A stretch of DNA of 54,403 nucleotides, taken from the IMG/VR virus record IMGVR_UViG_3300031951_000213, positions 1 to 54,403 of that record; one strand, written 5' to 3'. Numbering within the stretch: the first letter of the stretch is position 1; the number at the start of each line of letters is the position of its first letter. The translations under genes and the position numbers were made by a program. The notes beneath the pieces are model-generated. The model was not told where the DNA came from. It searched no databases and saw only the letters and a program-made list of their open reading frames with translations. This document shows, piece by piece, positions 52,720 to 54,403 of the stretch. Source of the DNA: a virus. Lineage: Duplodnaviria > Caudoviricetes.

Positions 52720-53108
52720 ACCACCCGCTTAAAACCCTAAACCAAACCTATCAAATGAGCATCAAACCTCTAACAGAGGCTTACGAAAAAAGCCTAGAAC
52801 AAGAGCAACAAAAATTTCTAAAAGGAGTGGTTGAATTCTTTGAGGCGAAATCTATTTCTTTTGAAGGTGGCGAAAACTACAACGACGAGGAATATTACGA
52901 CGACCTGATGGATTTTTATGTTGATGGAGAATCCGTTCAGTCTAATTTTAAACTCGGTTCTCAAGTTTACGAAAAACTTTTCGGCGAAAAGTCTCCCTAT
53001 ACAGACGAAGAAGACCCGTGGGATCAATGGCGCGAAATTAAAGAAGAACTAATGAACCAAATGCCAGAATTCATCAAAACCAAAACCTGCTCATATGAAA
53101 CTAACTGA
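52716..53108 (+). CDS. acidic hypothetical protein (YNDE motif)
   Basis: SISFEGGENYNDE. Confidence 0.65.
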   Translation: MNHPLKTLNQTYQMSIKPLTEAYEKSLEQEQQKFLKGVVEFFEAKSISFEGGENYNDEEYYDDLMDFYVDGESVQSNFKLGSQVYEKLFGEKSPYTDEEDPWDQWREIKEELMNQMPEFIKTKTCSYETN

Positions 53109-53469
53109 AATCAACGAAGCCCTCAAAGCCAAACAATCCGCCGCCGAAGAAGAATACCTAGATTCTATCGGCCAATGGATTTGTCTTTTCAAACCAGACG
53201 CCAAAACCTTTGAATTTGAGGGTCATAGCGAATATAATGACGAAGGAGGATGCGATATGTGGTTCTCCAGCCTTTATATTGACGACAAATCTTTGGAAGA
53301 AATCATTGGCGAAATGAGCAAAGACGACATTCTCAAGTATTTTGAGGTTTCAAAGTATTACGCAGACGATTTTAAAGAAAGCAGCGATCCAGAAGAAATT
53401 TGGGACATGGTTAAAGACAAATTGGATTTCGATGAGTGCGTTTACGAATATGGAAAACAAGAGATTTAA
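53095..53469 (+). CDS. acidic hypothetical protein (YNDE motif)
   Basis: TFEFEGHSEYNDE. Confidence 0.65.
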   Translation: MKLTEINEALKAKQSAAEEEYLDSIGQWICLFKPDAKTFEFEGHSEYNDEGGCDMWFSSLYIDDKSLEEIIGEMSKDDILKYFEVSKYYADDFKESSDPEEIWDMVKDKLDFDECVYEYGKQEI

Positions 53470-53659
53470 ATTCACAACCGATGATGACGGCCATAACTAC
53501 CTAATTCCCGCCGATAAGAAATACGAGTGGTTCTCCTATCCGCAAGAATTCTATCGAGCCAACGAGGCTTGCGAACCTTTGCCCAAACAACCAGATTGGG
53601 TTGTTGAGATTGATTCGCACGAACTTTGGAGCTTTGAAAATCCGAAATTAGAAAAATGA
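53450..53659 (+). CDS. hypothetical protein
   Basis: MENKRFKFTTDDDGHNYLIP. Confidence 0.65.
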   Translation: MENKRFKFTTDDDGHNYLIPADKKYEWFSYPQEFYRANEACEPLPKQPDWVVEIDSHELWSFENPKLEK

Positions 53660-54117
53660 TTAAACACAAAAAACAAAAACGCGGCTACTCCTGCATTGCT
53701 CTTGACCGCCCAAAATCTGCCAGCAATGTTGGCGGCGTTCTTCGTGCGGCGGGTTGTTATGGCGCTGATTTGATTGTTGTTTCGGGCCAAAGATACAATA
53801 AATCCAAGCTCGACACCCAAAAAGCTCACAAACACATTCCTCTTCTAGAAGTCCAAGATATTGAAGCGTCTGTTCCAAAGGATTGCGAAGTTGTAGCGGT
53901 TGATTTAGTGGACGGAGCGACTAATCTTTGTAATTTTGTTCATCCAGAACGAGCCATGTATGTATTCGGCAGTGAGGATTCAACCCTTGATGACCGCGTT
54001 CTCAAGTTTGCGAAATATAAGGTTTATGTTCCAACGAACCACTGCATGAATTTAGCCGCAACAGCTAATGTCATTTTGTATGACCGAATGACGAAGAGAA
54101 AGGAATTCGATGTATAA
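53656..54117 (+). CDS. SpoU/TrmH-family RNA 2'-O-methyltransferase
   Basis: NVGGVLRAA, YVFGSED, MNLAATANVILYD. Confidence 0.88.
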   Translation: MIKHKKQKRGYSCIALDRPKSASNVGGVLRAAGCYGADLIVVSGQRYNKSKLDTQKAHKHIPLLEVQDIEASVPKDCEVVAVDLVDGATNLCNFVHPERAMYVFGSEDSTLDDRVLKFAKYKVYVPTNHCMNLAATANVILYDRMTKRKEFDV

Positions 54118-54403
54118 AACTTTTTATAAGGCCCAATCTCACACCTTCTCAATCCATGAAGTTTTGGTTCAAAAAGCCAATGAAAAAAGTGTTTGGCTGG
54201 TTCAACGTGCTCTTTTCGAGGGCGAAAATGACATTTTTAAAGCCGTGGCCCGAAAAACAAACCACGAACAATACTTTGAAACCCTTGAACAGGCCAAGTC
54301 TTTCCTCCAACCTCTTCTCGAAAAGGAAATAGAAAGAACAGAAGAAAAACTAAAAGACCTAAACGAAGGAATCACCCTTTTCAAACTCCGCGAAAACAAA
54401 AAA
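54110..54403 (+). CDS. hypothetical protein (partial, runs off the window)
   Basis: ATG 54110, open to the end of the window. Confidence 0.6.
   Translation, partial: MYKTFYKAQSHTFSIHEVLVQKANEKSVWLVQRALFEGENDIFKAVARKTNHEQYFETLEQAKSFLQPLLEKEIERTEEKLKDLNEGITLFKLRENKK

Noticed and set aside
1-54403. CRISPR array, tRNA genes, DGR or retron reverse transcriptase
   Set aside because: No regularly spaced repeats, cloverleaf or RT motifs were seen by eye.
1-54403. Stop-codon reassignment
   Set aside because: Long conserved genes are intact, and TAA, TAG and TGA all terminate well-packed genes under code 11.

Overview
This window is part of a large, AT-leaning, gene-dense dsDNA phage genome read with the standard genetic code. 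From left to right it carries: a replication/recombination module (primase N-terminus, DnaB helicase, Vsr/DUF559-like nuclease, RecA/UvsX); a ~10 kb sugar-synthesis and glycosylation operon; class Ia ribonucleotide reductase with a free-standing homing endonuclease; a structured ~750 bp non-coding strand-switch region; nucleotide-metabolism and transcription genes (MazG-like, dNMP kinase, phage sigma factor, SSB, ThyX); three more glycosyltransferases; Hsp20; a virion-appendage/SGNH cassette; a lambda-like tail-tip module (L-K-I-J); a solo TnpB with its right-end RNA; and many small hypothetical genes. Most notable: (1) a near-canonical integron attC site and an apparent gene cassette at 38330-38903, with the attC bottom strand translated as a protein N-terminus; (2) Gmd plus a fused TPP E1 enzyme plus a Zn dehydrogenase, suggesting phage synthesis of a two-carbon-branched sugar; (3) TnpB lacking tnpA and a left end, placed behind a phage late-type promoter; (4) a shared N-terminal peptide ELDFSAQI(K/R)AAN on two unrelated late proteins; (5) three promoter classes that almost all sit directly before start codons, implying leaderless mRNAs. 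All family assignments come from motif recognition by eye; no database search was run.
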